From Candidatus Gottesmanbacteria bacterium RIFCSPHIGHO2_01_FULL_40_15 (GTDB lineage Bacteria; Patescibacteriota; Microgenomatia; 2-02-FULL-39-11), in assembly GCA_001779115.1 (NCBI GenBank), contig MFJF01000012.1, positions 33,142 through 97,141 of the forward strand: 64,000 nucleotides of DNA, written 5' to 3'. Made by a program: the position numbers and the translations under genes. Under the pieces are notes generated by a model. It saw only the letters and a program-made list of their open reading frames with translations, was not told the origin of the DNA and made no database searches. Below, one piece after another: positions 56,676-64,000 of this stretch (position 1 is the stretch's first letter; each line of letters begins with the position of its first letter).

Positions 56676-57638
56676 TATTACCTGCATAATAAGAATTGCC
56701 ACGTAGCTAAAAAAAAGAACAAACCCTTCTTTTCTGGAAACACCTCTTCCTGAAGACATAAAAATAAACAACAGAAAACTGATCCACATCATTATAGGGA
56801 TATCAAAGGCGATCCAATTAGGTTCAAGGTTAACGGGGGATAAAATGGCTATTATACCGGTGGTAACAAGAAGTGTAAAAACATTTGACCCAATTGTTTC
56901 AGATACGGCAACTTCAGTTAGTCCTTTTTTAGTAGCTTTGTAGGCGGCAGCGATATTGGGAATTGACGGAACGAATGCTCCCAGAGTCATGCCAATAAAA
57001 AGAGGATCAAGATTGAACAGTTTGACCATGGTAACAAGCTGACCGGAAAAAAAATAAGCTCCGGCCAGAAGAAGACTTAACCCGGAAATAAAAGAAAGCC
57101 AACCGGCTTTTATATGACCGAAATCAAAACCGATCATTTCCAGTTCTATATCAATATCCCTTGTAAGAGCCTCTTCATTATATTCAGTATGCTTTTCCTG
57201 AAGAAATACATTGGTGAGATACGGGATAAATAAAAGCAAGAGAGCAATTCCATGGAGCCTGTTGATTTGCCCGCCGCTGGAGATAGCAAAGATAAGAATA
57301 GGTATAACGATAGAGAAAATACCATCCCTTAAAATCATATTTTTGGATACGGTTAATGGTCTTATTATGGCCGGAAAACCAACCATTAGGCCGATATTGC
57401 AGATAATTGATCCAAAGATCACTCCAAGACTTATTGCCTGAAATCCTCGCAGACTACTGTCAACTGCAACCAAAATTTCAGGCAAGCTGACAACAACAGA
57501 AACCAGGATAAGAGCGACCGATATACTTGATGTTTTCAGTTTACGGGCAATAGGAACGAGAGAATCGGTCAACCAGTCAGAACCTTTGGCTATAAGCAGA
57601 ATACTTACTATAATTGAAACGGGTAAAAGAATCGGCAT
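56661..57638 (-). CDS. Ca2+/Na+ antiporter (CaCA, YrbG-like)
   Basis: Alpha repeats SLPE...GS..CN and SIPN...GSNVF; about 10 TM helices. Confidence 0.85.
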   Translation of the reverse strand: MPILLPVSIIVSILLIAKGSDWLTDSLVPIARKLKTSSISVALILVSVVVSLPEILVAVDSSLRGFQAISLGVIFGSIICNIGLMVGFPAIIRPLTVSKNMILRDGIFSIVIPILIFAISSGGQINRLHGIALLLLFIPYLTNVFLQEKHTEYNEEALTRDIDIELEMIGFDFGHIKAGWLSFISGLSLLLAGAYFFSGQLVTMVKLFNLDPLFIGMTLGAFVPSIPNIAAAYKATKKGLTEVAVSETIGSNVFTLLVTTGIIAILSPVNLEPNWIAFDIPIMMWISFLLFIFMSSGRGVSRKEGFVLFFSYVAILIMQVILIQR

Positions 57639-57705
57639 GCGGAAAATAAAAAAATCTATTATTTATGAGTTTACATTAAATTTTCAGCTATTAAAATAAT
57701 AAATA

Positions 57706-57984
57706 ATGAAAAAGGTCAGGGTACATTTATTAATATCGGGAGACGTAACCGGGGTAGGATTCCGATATTGGACTAAAGTAATAGCGCAGAGTCTTAATTT
57801 AACGGGATATGTCAGAAATGCTGACCGGGGTTTGGTTGAGGCTGTATTTGAGGGTAATGAGGATAACGTGAAGCAGATGATTGAAAAATGCCGAAAAGGT
57901 CCTCAAGTTTCACAGGTTAATGGGTTACAAATCCAATGGGAGGAGGCAAACGGCGGAAATATAGGATTTGAAATCAGACAATAA
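57706..57984 (+). CDS. acyP: Acylphosphatase
   Basis: GDVTGVGFR and GYVRN. Confidence 0.9.
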   Translation: MKKVRVHLLISGDVTGVGFRYWTKVIAQSLNLTGYVRNADRGLVEAVFEGNEDNVKQMIEKCRKGPQVSQVNGLQIQWEEANGGNIGFEIRQ

Positions 57985-58022
57985 GACTTGATAGTTATAC
58001 GGGGACTTCATACAATGGAATT

Positions 58023-58670
58023 ATGAAACACCAGACGTTTTTAATGTGGTTTTTCATTTTTCTTGTTTGGGCTTTTTACCGGGCTAATTTTCAATTACCG
58101 GAATCCGTTGACGAATTCATTGTTAAACCACTGGTTTTTGTAATGCCGATTGTTTATCTGGTATGGGTAAAGGAGAATAAATCGTTAAAAGAAATCGGTT
58201 TAGGGATTAAACTAAAAGGATTGGTTATTGATCTTTACATCGGGGTTGTTTTGGGGATACTTCTGGCGGTTGAAGGGTTACTGGCCAATTATCTGAAATA
58301 CGGAAAATTTTCCTTTCTACCTATTGAAGCGCTGTTTATTGCCGGCGGAATAGGCAGTTTTTTACTCATTAACATAGCAGCTTCGGTTTCTGAAGAAATT
58401 TTCGGACGCGGCTATTTATATAACAGACTTTTTAAAACGTCCAAAGAACAGGCAGCTTGTGCGGTTGTTTCAAGTTTTCTTTTTATGCTTATTCATATTC
58501 CGATAATGTTCACCAGGCTTCATTTAACCGGTAACGCACTGATTTTTTATCCTTTGTCAATTTTTACGATGGGAGTAGTGAACAGTTATGTTTTTACAAT
58601 GCGGAAAAATCTTGTTTTACCGGTGTTGATTCATACCTTCTGGAATATGACGGTCAGTCTTTATCTTTAA
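58023..58670 (+). CDS. CPBP/CAAX intramembrane protease-family protein
   Basis: EEIFGRG, FMLIH and HTFWN. Confidence 0.88.
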   Translation: MKHQTFLMWFFIFLVWAFYRANFQLPESVDEFIVKPLVFVMPIVYLVWVKENKSLKEIGLGIKLKGLVIDLYIGVVLGILLAVEGLLANYLKYGKFSFLPIEALFIAGGIGSFLLINIAASVSEEIFGRGYLYNRLFKTSKEQAACAVVSSFLFMLIHIPIMFTRLHLTGNALIFYPLSIFTMGVVNSYVFTMRKNLVLPVLIHTFWNMTVSLYL

Positions 58671-58888
58671 TCTTTATAAACAGAGGAAATGTAGCCGGCG
58701 TTTTTTATCACTGAAATAATTATTTCCTCGGTTACTTTTTCCGGATCAAATTCAACAAAACAGAGTGCTTTAGCGTAGTTGGTATTTGATTTTTTAACTC
58801 CAGCAGTATCCTCCAGTTCAAAATCAATATTTAAAGCGCAGGAAGTACAATGCATATCATGTATTTTAAAAAGAGTTTTTTTTGTCAT
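58667..58888 (-). CDS. Heavy-metal-associated (CopZ-like) chaperone
   Basis: DMHCTSC and C-terminal AGY; 73 aa. Confidence 0.88.
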   Translation of the reverse strand: MTKKTLFKIHDMHCTSCALNIDFELEDTAGVKKSNTNYAKALCFVEFDPEKVTEEIIISVIKNAGYISSVYKD

Positions 58889-58908
58889 AACAAGTTATTT
58901 TTATAAAT

Positions 58909-59937
58909 TCAGATTACCCGGATTACACCACCGTACATTCCCATACTGCAGGAAAAACTTATATCCCCAGCCGTATTCGGAGTTTTTATTTCAACAGTAT
59001 CATTTGAACCCGTTCTTATTATTTTTTGCACGTTAAGTTTGGGTATGGAAAATGCCTGGATGCAGCCGTAACCGTCATTATTTACCAGATTTAATTTCAC
59101 CAGTGAATTCTTTGGGACAGTAATTGAACGGGGAGAATAGCCGTTTGACCGGAAATAAATTGTTGCTTCAGTTACGGGAACGTCAGAGGCGGCCAGAATC
59201 TGATGAGGACAAATACTTAGCGCTGTACAGGAAAAGTCCAACCAAGCTGATTTTATCAAAACGCGGCCGCCGGAGAGAGAAAGAGCATTGTTAATATTAA
59301 AAACAGCCAGAATCAGGATGGCAAAAGCAGCTACTCTCATAAATCTATTTTGAAAAACATTATTTAATTTTCCGGCCAGGAAACCGAAAATAAAAAATAA
59401 CGGAGAAGTTCCGAGAATAAAGGAAAACATAATCAGGGCAGAATAAAAAGGATCAGCCGTGGCCAGGGCTAAGGCCATAATTGCCTGAGTAGTACCGCAG
59501 GGAATAAAAACCGTCAGAGCGCCAAGAACACCCGGCGCGAAAATGTCGTTGCTTTTGCTTTGATTTTTCAGAAGCCGGAAGAGAAATTTCGGGGGAGTTA
59601 TAACAAAATACCGAAAAACGGGATGAATATTGAGAATATTTAAAGCCGTGCCGATCATAAAGACAGCAACTGCAGATTGGATAAATGCCTGAGTGATGAC
59701 GGAAAAGCGAAAGTATGAACCTAGGAAGCCTAATAAGAATCCGAGAACAGTATAAGCGACAAGCTTTGAGATGAGAAATGATAAAACAGGGAAGAGACTG
59801 CCGGATTTTTTCATTTTTGACATGAGCCGTTTATTTTCGCGTTGCGCCAATACAGCTGCCAGCAGACCACCCTGGACAGCCATACAGGTGAGTCCGCCGG
59901 TTAACAACCCTGTCAGAAAAACGGTATAGATTTCCAT
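58909..59937 (-). CDS. DsbD_2/TauE-like membrane protein with a C-terminal cupredoxin domain
   Basis: GGLTCMAVQGG and FIPCG; C-terminal GC and FSCSMGMY. Confidence 0.8.
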   Translation of the reverse strand: MEIYTVFLTGLLTGGLTCMAVQGGLLAAVLAQRENKRLMSKMKKSGSLFPVLSFLISKLVAYTVLGFLLGFLGSYFRFSVITQAFIQSAVAVFMIGTALNILNIHPVFRYFVITPPKFLFRLLKNQSKSNDIFAPGVLGALTVFIPCGTTQAIMALALATADPFYSALIMFSFILGTSPLFFIFGFLAGKLNNVFQNRFMRVAAFAILILAVFNINNALSLSGGRVLIKSAWLDFSCTALSICPHQILAASDVPVTEATIYFRSNGYSPRSITVPKNSLVKLNLVNNDGYGCIQAFSIPKLNVQKIIRTGSNDTVEIKTPNTAGDISFSCSMGMYGGVIRVI

Positions 59938-59978
59938 GAATATTAAGATTTTAGCATATAGCGGGCAATTAAGAAGTG

Positions 59979-61409
59979 TTACCGATTCAATTGATAGATT
60001 ACAAAAGGTTGGTTGTCATAAATAACTGAATATTTATTTACAGTTTCTCTTCTTACAATATCGGCAAAATCACCAGTCAAACCATTATTAAAAAGAATAT
60101 AGGTGAAATACCCGTCCGAAATAGCTTTCCGGAAGCCTTCATAGCTTGACAGACCCTGATAGTTAATTTCAAAAGGACCGGTAAGCGCTTCTTGTGGAAT
60201 TTCCGGTAAGGCCAGATCGGTGACATTGCCTTCACTTGAGAGAATTTTGTCTCCTGTTGAGACAACTGATTTCAAACCAGTCATAGCATTTTCAGAATTA
60301 GGCCATGATGTTTCCAAGTCTTTTTTTTGAGAGAAAGAGTAGAGAAAAACCATAATTAGGAAAATAAAAGACAAACCTGCTCTTATGGCCATGTTTTTCT
60401 TACTTATATTACTTATGAGGAAGCCGGCAGAAGGGAGGAGAAAGACAAGGGACAGGAAGACATGCTGGTGTGCAGCATCGAGATTATTGGTTAAAAGGTG
60501 AGCCAATGGAACAGTCAGAGCTCCAAACAGCAAAAAAAAGGCGATACCTTTTGCTTTTAGAAAAAGGAAGAAAAATCCGACAAGGGCGAAAGGCAATACA
60601 GGCAGAGAAAAGACATAAAACTCGTTAATTATTTCAGAATAGTGTCTTTGCGGGTCGGGAATCTGATTGATGACAAATTCGCGAAGATCAGGAAAATAAA
60701 TTACCAGATAAGAAATTATTGCCAGTGACAAAGGGAAAATAAAATACTTAAGGGTCAGATTCAAAGATAACCGGTCTTGTTTCAAACTTTTATAAATTGC
60801 CCAAACAGCAATAAGCGGGAAAAGGATCAGGGTCGTATATTTAGCCAAAAAGGAGAGAAATAAAGACAGCGCCGACAGAAAATAAAAATTTTCCTTCTGC
60901 CAGAGTCCGTGTTTTTTAACAGCCAATCCAGAAAGCAGGAAAAAAAGGCCAGCTAAGAAAAAGGTAAATGAAAGCATGTCGTAAATTGCCAGACGGCTCA
61001 GATAGACCGGAATACTCATTACAGCCAGAAGAAAAGCGGATATACCGGCAATAAATTCATTATTATCAGATATATCGGATAAATGAAGTTTGAACGTGAA
61101 ACCGTAAAGCAAATAGACTGACAAAGTACCCAGAAGGACGTTTAAGAGACGGGAACCCAATAAACCCCCGATGTTATAAAAGAGAGCTGAAAGGGACGGA
61201 TAAAACAGAGGCATACCGCCGATCCAGGAAAAGGGTGATTCTTCCTGCCAATGACCTTCAAGGACTTTTTCCCCCAATTTAATATAAATAGCCTCATCCA
61301 GAAAAGGAGTGTTGTAGTTGAGGTTAATTACCCTGAATAGAAATGCCGCCAAAATAATTAAAACCAGCGGATTATAAAAAAGCCATTTAAAAACAGATTT
61401 GTTATTCAT
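59979..61409 (-). CDS. GT-C (family 39/83-like) membrane glycosyltransferase
   Basis: FLDEAIY loop after TM1, many TM helices and LAKY. Confidence 0.8.
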   Translation of the reverse strand: MNNKSVFKWLFYNPLVLIILAAFLFRVINLNYNTPFLDEAIYIKLGEKVLEGHWQEESPFSWIGGMPLFYPSLSALFYNIGGLLGSRLLNVLLGTLSVYLLYGFTFKLHLSDISDNNEFIAGISAFLLAVMSIPVYLSRLAIYDMLSFTFFLAGLFFLLSGLAVKKHGLWQKENFYFLSALSLFLSFLAKYTTLILFPLIAVWAIYKSLKQDRLSLNLTLKYFIFPLSLAIISYLVIYFPDLREFVINQIPDPQRHYSEIINEFYVFSLPVLPFALVGFFFLFLKAKGIAFFLLFGALTVPLAHLLTNNLDAAHQHVFLSLVFLLPSAGFLISNISKKNMAIRAGLSFIFLIMVFLYSFSQKKDLETSWPNSENAMTGLKSVVSTGDKILSSEGNVTDLALPEIPQEALTGPFEINYQGLSSYEGFRKAISDGYFTYILFNNGLTGDFADIVRRETVNKYSVIYDNQPFVIYQLNR

Positions 61410-61527
61410 TTATAATGAGTATCCCTTGTCAAACCAACCCGACAATATTTATCCGGTTTAACAATTTATTAATAAAAATCACATTAAATTTCATAAGATT
61501 TATGTCAGAAAGAGAAAAAATTGAATT

Positions 61528-61953
61528 TCAGGCGGAAATTAATTTTTGTCTTAATCCAAGGAGGTAAATAATACTCAAGATATTGGAAATTATGGCTATT
61601 ATCAGAATTAATACCTGATATTGAATAATAAAGAAGGTTAAGAAAGAGAGACCAATTAAAGGCAGAATGTCGGTTAAATGATGAGCGCAACAGGCAATCA
61701 TACCAACGGTTGATACTGCCGAGTTGGCGGCAGCCAATTTTCCGGAACTGTCTGTGAGATTTTTCAGGGAAACGTAGAGACCTATTTGGACTCCAAATCC
61801 CAGCGATAACGGAATCATATAAAACCACAGTTTTTTAAATTGTATCAGGGTTGTTTCAAAAGAACCGGCAAGGTAAGTCATGGTGATAAAATAAAAAAGC
61901 AGAAGAAATGATCCGGCGGTGATACCTGAAGCTATCGGTTTATATTTATTCAT
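61528..61953 (-). CDS. Small membrane protein with a CCAHH motif
   Basis: Four TM helices; MIACCAHHL. Confidence 0.65.
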   Translation of the reverse strand: MNKYKPIASGITAGSFLLLFYFITMTYLAGSFETTLIQFKKLWFYMIPLSLGFGVQIGLYVSLKNLTDSSGKLAAANSAVSTVGMIACCAHHLTDILPLIGLSFLTFFIIQYQVLILIIAIISNILSIIYLLGLRQKLISA

Positions 61954-62396
61954 TAAAATTCAAATTCCCTCCTTGTTATCCCGGCCAGGTCTTTGATAAT
62001 GATTTTATAAGGTGGGGGAACTTGCGGAAAACTTAATTCCGCCTGACGGTGATGACCCCCACCGTAAAGAGTTATATCACGGGGTTTTCCGGATGAATTT
62101 TGATACTCCAGCAGAACGTTTTTTCCAAAATTGAACTGATCGAGATCGACTGAATGGGTATCCAATGAAACGGAGAAAAAGAGCGTGTCTTGAGATGATT
62201 TTTCCGATAGAAATTTTATACTTACCGAAACATTTCCTTGCTCCTGAAATTGAGAATTTTTATTAAGATTAGTGTCAAGCGGATTAATTTTTTGTATTTC
62301 CCTTTCTTCTTTTGCCAAACTGATAAGAGAAATAAAAACTATCAGAAAAATTACAATTATTAATGTTTTATATTCCCAGGACAGTTTTTTTATCAT
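61953..62396 (-). CDS. Membrane-anchored hypothetical protein with His motifs
   Basis: N-terminal TM helix; LDTHSVDL and GGGHHR. Confidence 0.65.
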   Translation of the reverse strand: MIKKLSWEYKTLIIVIFLIVFISLISLAKEEREIQKINPLDTNLNKNSQFQEQGNVSVSIKFLSEKSSQDTLFFSVSLDTHSVDLDQFNFGKNVLLEYQNSSGKPRDITLYGGGHHRQAELSFPQVPPPYKIIIKDLAGITRREFEF

Positions 62397-63496
62397 CAGA
62401 CACCGCAGCCTCCTCCGCCTTCCACTTTGGGCAGCAGACCTTCCGTCTGGAGTTGTTTGTTAATGGCAGAATATCCCTGACCGCTAGAATAGTCGGCACC
62501 AAGAACTACTTGTGGATCGACCTTATTCCAATCCTGACCATTTTTTGACTTAAAATACATTGCCAGCTCGACATAAGTCTGCGGAAACCAATATGAATTA
62601 AGAACTAAAGCATTTTTATAAATTTCTTCTTCGGGCATATTTTGACTTACGGCTAATTCAATAAAACCAAGCATGGCAGCGCCGTGGTTGCAATCAGGGA
62701 AAAAAGTGGAATTACCGCAACACGGCCGGTAGATTTTTTGGGATATTTTGGTGACAAGAGTTTCCTGTTTTTCAGTTAAAAGGAGTATGGGGAAGCGGTT
62801 AAACAGGGAACCGCCATCTTCCTTACCCAAAGTCCAACCTCCGGTTGAGGCAAAACTACCGGCATCGTATTCCGACTTCGTGCCCATGGGACCCTGGGAT
62901 AATGTTTTGGTTTTATTGGCGATTCCCAATGGCCAAAGAAGATTTAGAATAATTTGAGAGTTATCATTGGTGACAATGATATCCTGATCCGATTTATTAT
63001 CCAGCAGAAGGCTTATTTCGTCAGGCAGACCACCACGGCTTTCATAAAGGGCGAGGAATTTCTGTTTGTCTATAGCGCCAACCTCAACTAATTTTTTAAC
63101 GGTTGAACCGAAAGAAACGCCCAAATTATGTTTTTCCGGCAAGACTTCTTTGGTTATCTGATCAGTATCAGCAGTTTGCGGGGGAGTCGGAGATAAATTG
63201 TTATTAAATGTTGAAGAAAGGTTCAGGCCGGCGAATGGTGATTTGTTATAAATTTTCGGAACCAGAATAAAAAGCAGAAAACCGGCTAAAAGTCCGGTAA
63301 TCAAACCGGTTACATATGATTTCCGGGGTTTATATTGCAGCGGATTAAAATCAGCAGATTTAAGCAAATCTTCTGAATCTTTCCCCGTAATGCAACAACA
63401 ACTTTTGTGTTGGTGTTCTTTTTTTAAATTTTTTACCGGGGTGTCTAAACTTTCCGGATTTTCAATTACTGCTTTTTTATTTTTTCTGACTGCCAT
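62396..63496 (-). CDS. Membrane-anchored Cys-rich hypothetical protein
   Basis: HQHKSCCC, one TM helix, RPCCGNST..PDCNHG and C-terminal GGGCGV. Confidence 0.7.
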   Translation of the reverse strand: MAVRKNKKAVIENPESLDTPVKNLKKEHQHKSCCCITGKDSEDLLKSADFNPLQYKPRKSYVTGLITGLLAGFLLFILVPKIYNKSPFAGLNLSSTFNNNLSPTPPQTADTDQITKEVLPEKHNLGVSFGSTVKKLVEVGAIDKQKFLALYESRGGLPDEISLLLDNKSDQDIIVTNDNSQIILNLLWPLGIANKTKTLSQGPMGTKSEYDAGSFASTGGWTLGKEDGGSLFNRFPILLLTEKQETLVTKISQKIYRPCCGNSTFFPDCNHGAAMLGFIELAVSQNMPEEEIYKNALVLNSYWFPQTYVELAMYFKSKNGQDWNKVDPQVVLGADYSSGQGYSAINKQLQTEGLLPKVEGGGGCGV

Positions 63497-64000
63497 AACG
63501 GGCCTCCTTAATGAAAATTTTAAATAACAGGATAAGAGCCAAAAGAACTAAAGCATCAAGAAGAGGATTTTTCAAAACACCTGATATCCGGAAAATAAAA
63601 TTTCTCAAAGCATCACCATAGGCCATATTTTGTTCCATCTGAATTTTTCCGGTTAAAGCAAGATAGGCTATTATGATTGAGGAAATCATGAAGGTTATAG
63701 ACGAGATTAATTTTAATGGTTTATCGGCTTTACTTTTTATTTTATACAGATAGCGACCGGTCAGTTTTTCATAAAAAACCGAGAGAAAAAAGAGCGGAAA
63801 AACGATTCCCAAGACGTAGACTAATGATACAATGAGTGATGTTATAAGAGTCGGGGAAAGAGAAGAGAGAGTAATGGCGGCAAATAAGACAGGCGCACAG
63901 CAGGATGAGGTTATTCCGGAAAAGACTCCTAATATAAACGTTGAAAGAACAGTTGTTTGGCGAGGCATGGTGTAACGGGGGAGGGGCAACATAAGTTTAA
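63477..64000 (-). CDS. CcdA/DsbD-like thiol-disulfide transporter (5'-truncated by the window edge)
   Basis: GVFSGITSSCCAPVL and YVLGIVFPL; frame is open to the edge. Confidence 0.7.
   Translation of the reverse strand, partial: KLMLPLPRYTMPRQTTVLSTFILGVFSGITSSCCAPVLFAAITLSSLSPTLITSLIVSLVYVLGIVFPLFFLSVFYEKLTGRYLYKIKSKADKPLKLISSITFMISSIIIAYLALTGKIQMEQNMAYGDALRNFIFRISGVLKNPLLDALVLLALILLFKIFIKEARYGSQKK

Noticed and set aside
1..64000. CRISPR array, prophage, IS element, rRNA, tmRNA or TGA recoding
   Set aside because: No regularly spaced repeats, phage genes, transposase or recognisable RNA genes of these kinds were seen. TGA acts as a normal stop at the ends of dnaN, ftsH and nnrD.

Overview
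Chromosomal origin region of a low-GC bacterium that uses genetic code 11. The gene set points to Patescibacteria/CPR, probably Microgenomates (inference): VirB4 and pilin genes, a form III-like RuBisCO, an archaeal-type PyrH, an ATP-dependent ligase and many glycosyltransferases. In order, the window holds: a VirB4-like ATPase; dnaN-oriC-dnaA; rpmH-rnpA-yidD-yidC-jag; nadD-nadE-rbcL; a sugar cluster (galE, IMPase, galT, two divergent GT-B paralogues, hexokinase); a 1284-aa orphan facing a VirB6-like gene and two pilins; two CAT-anticodon tRNAs; trpB2-trpS under a T-box; ftsH; a DNA-repair and glycosyltransferase tract; folC; and a Cys/His-rich metal-handling locus. The top finding is an apparent two-layer tryptophan sensor in front of a stand-alone TrpB2. 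It consists of a transcriptional T-box with an Actinobacteria-ileS-like ultrashort Stem I (UGG specifier, UGGC bulge), followed directly by an unannotated 27-aa ORF with three Trp codons. Also notable are a non-canonical initiator tRNA, widespread leaderless promoter layouts, and GC-rich palindromes inserted in frame into 7-nt-periodic tracts inside genes. No CRISPR array, rRNA, integrase or transposase was seen. All calls come from reading motifs by eye; no database search was run.
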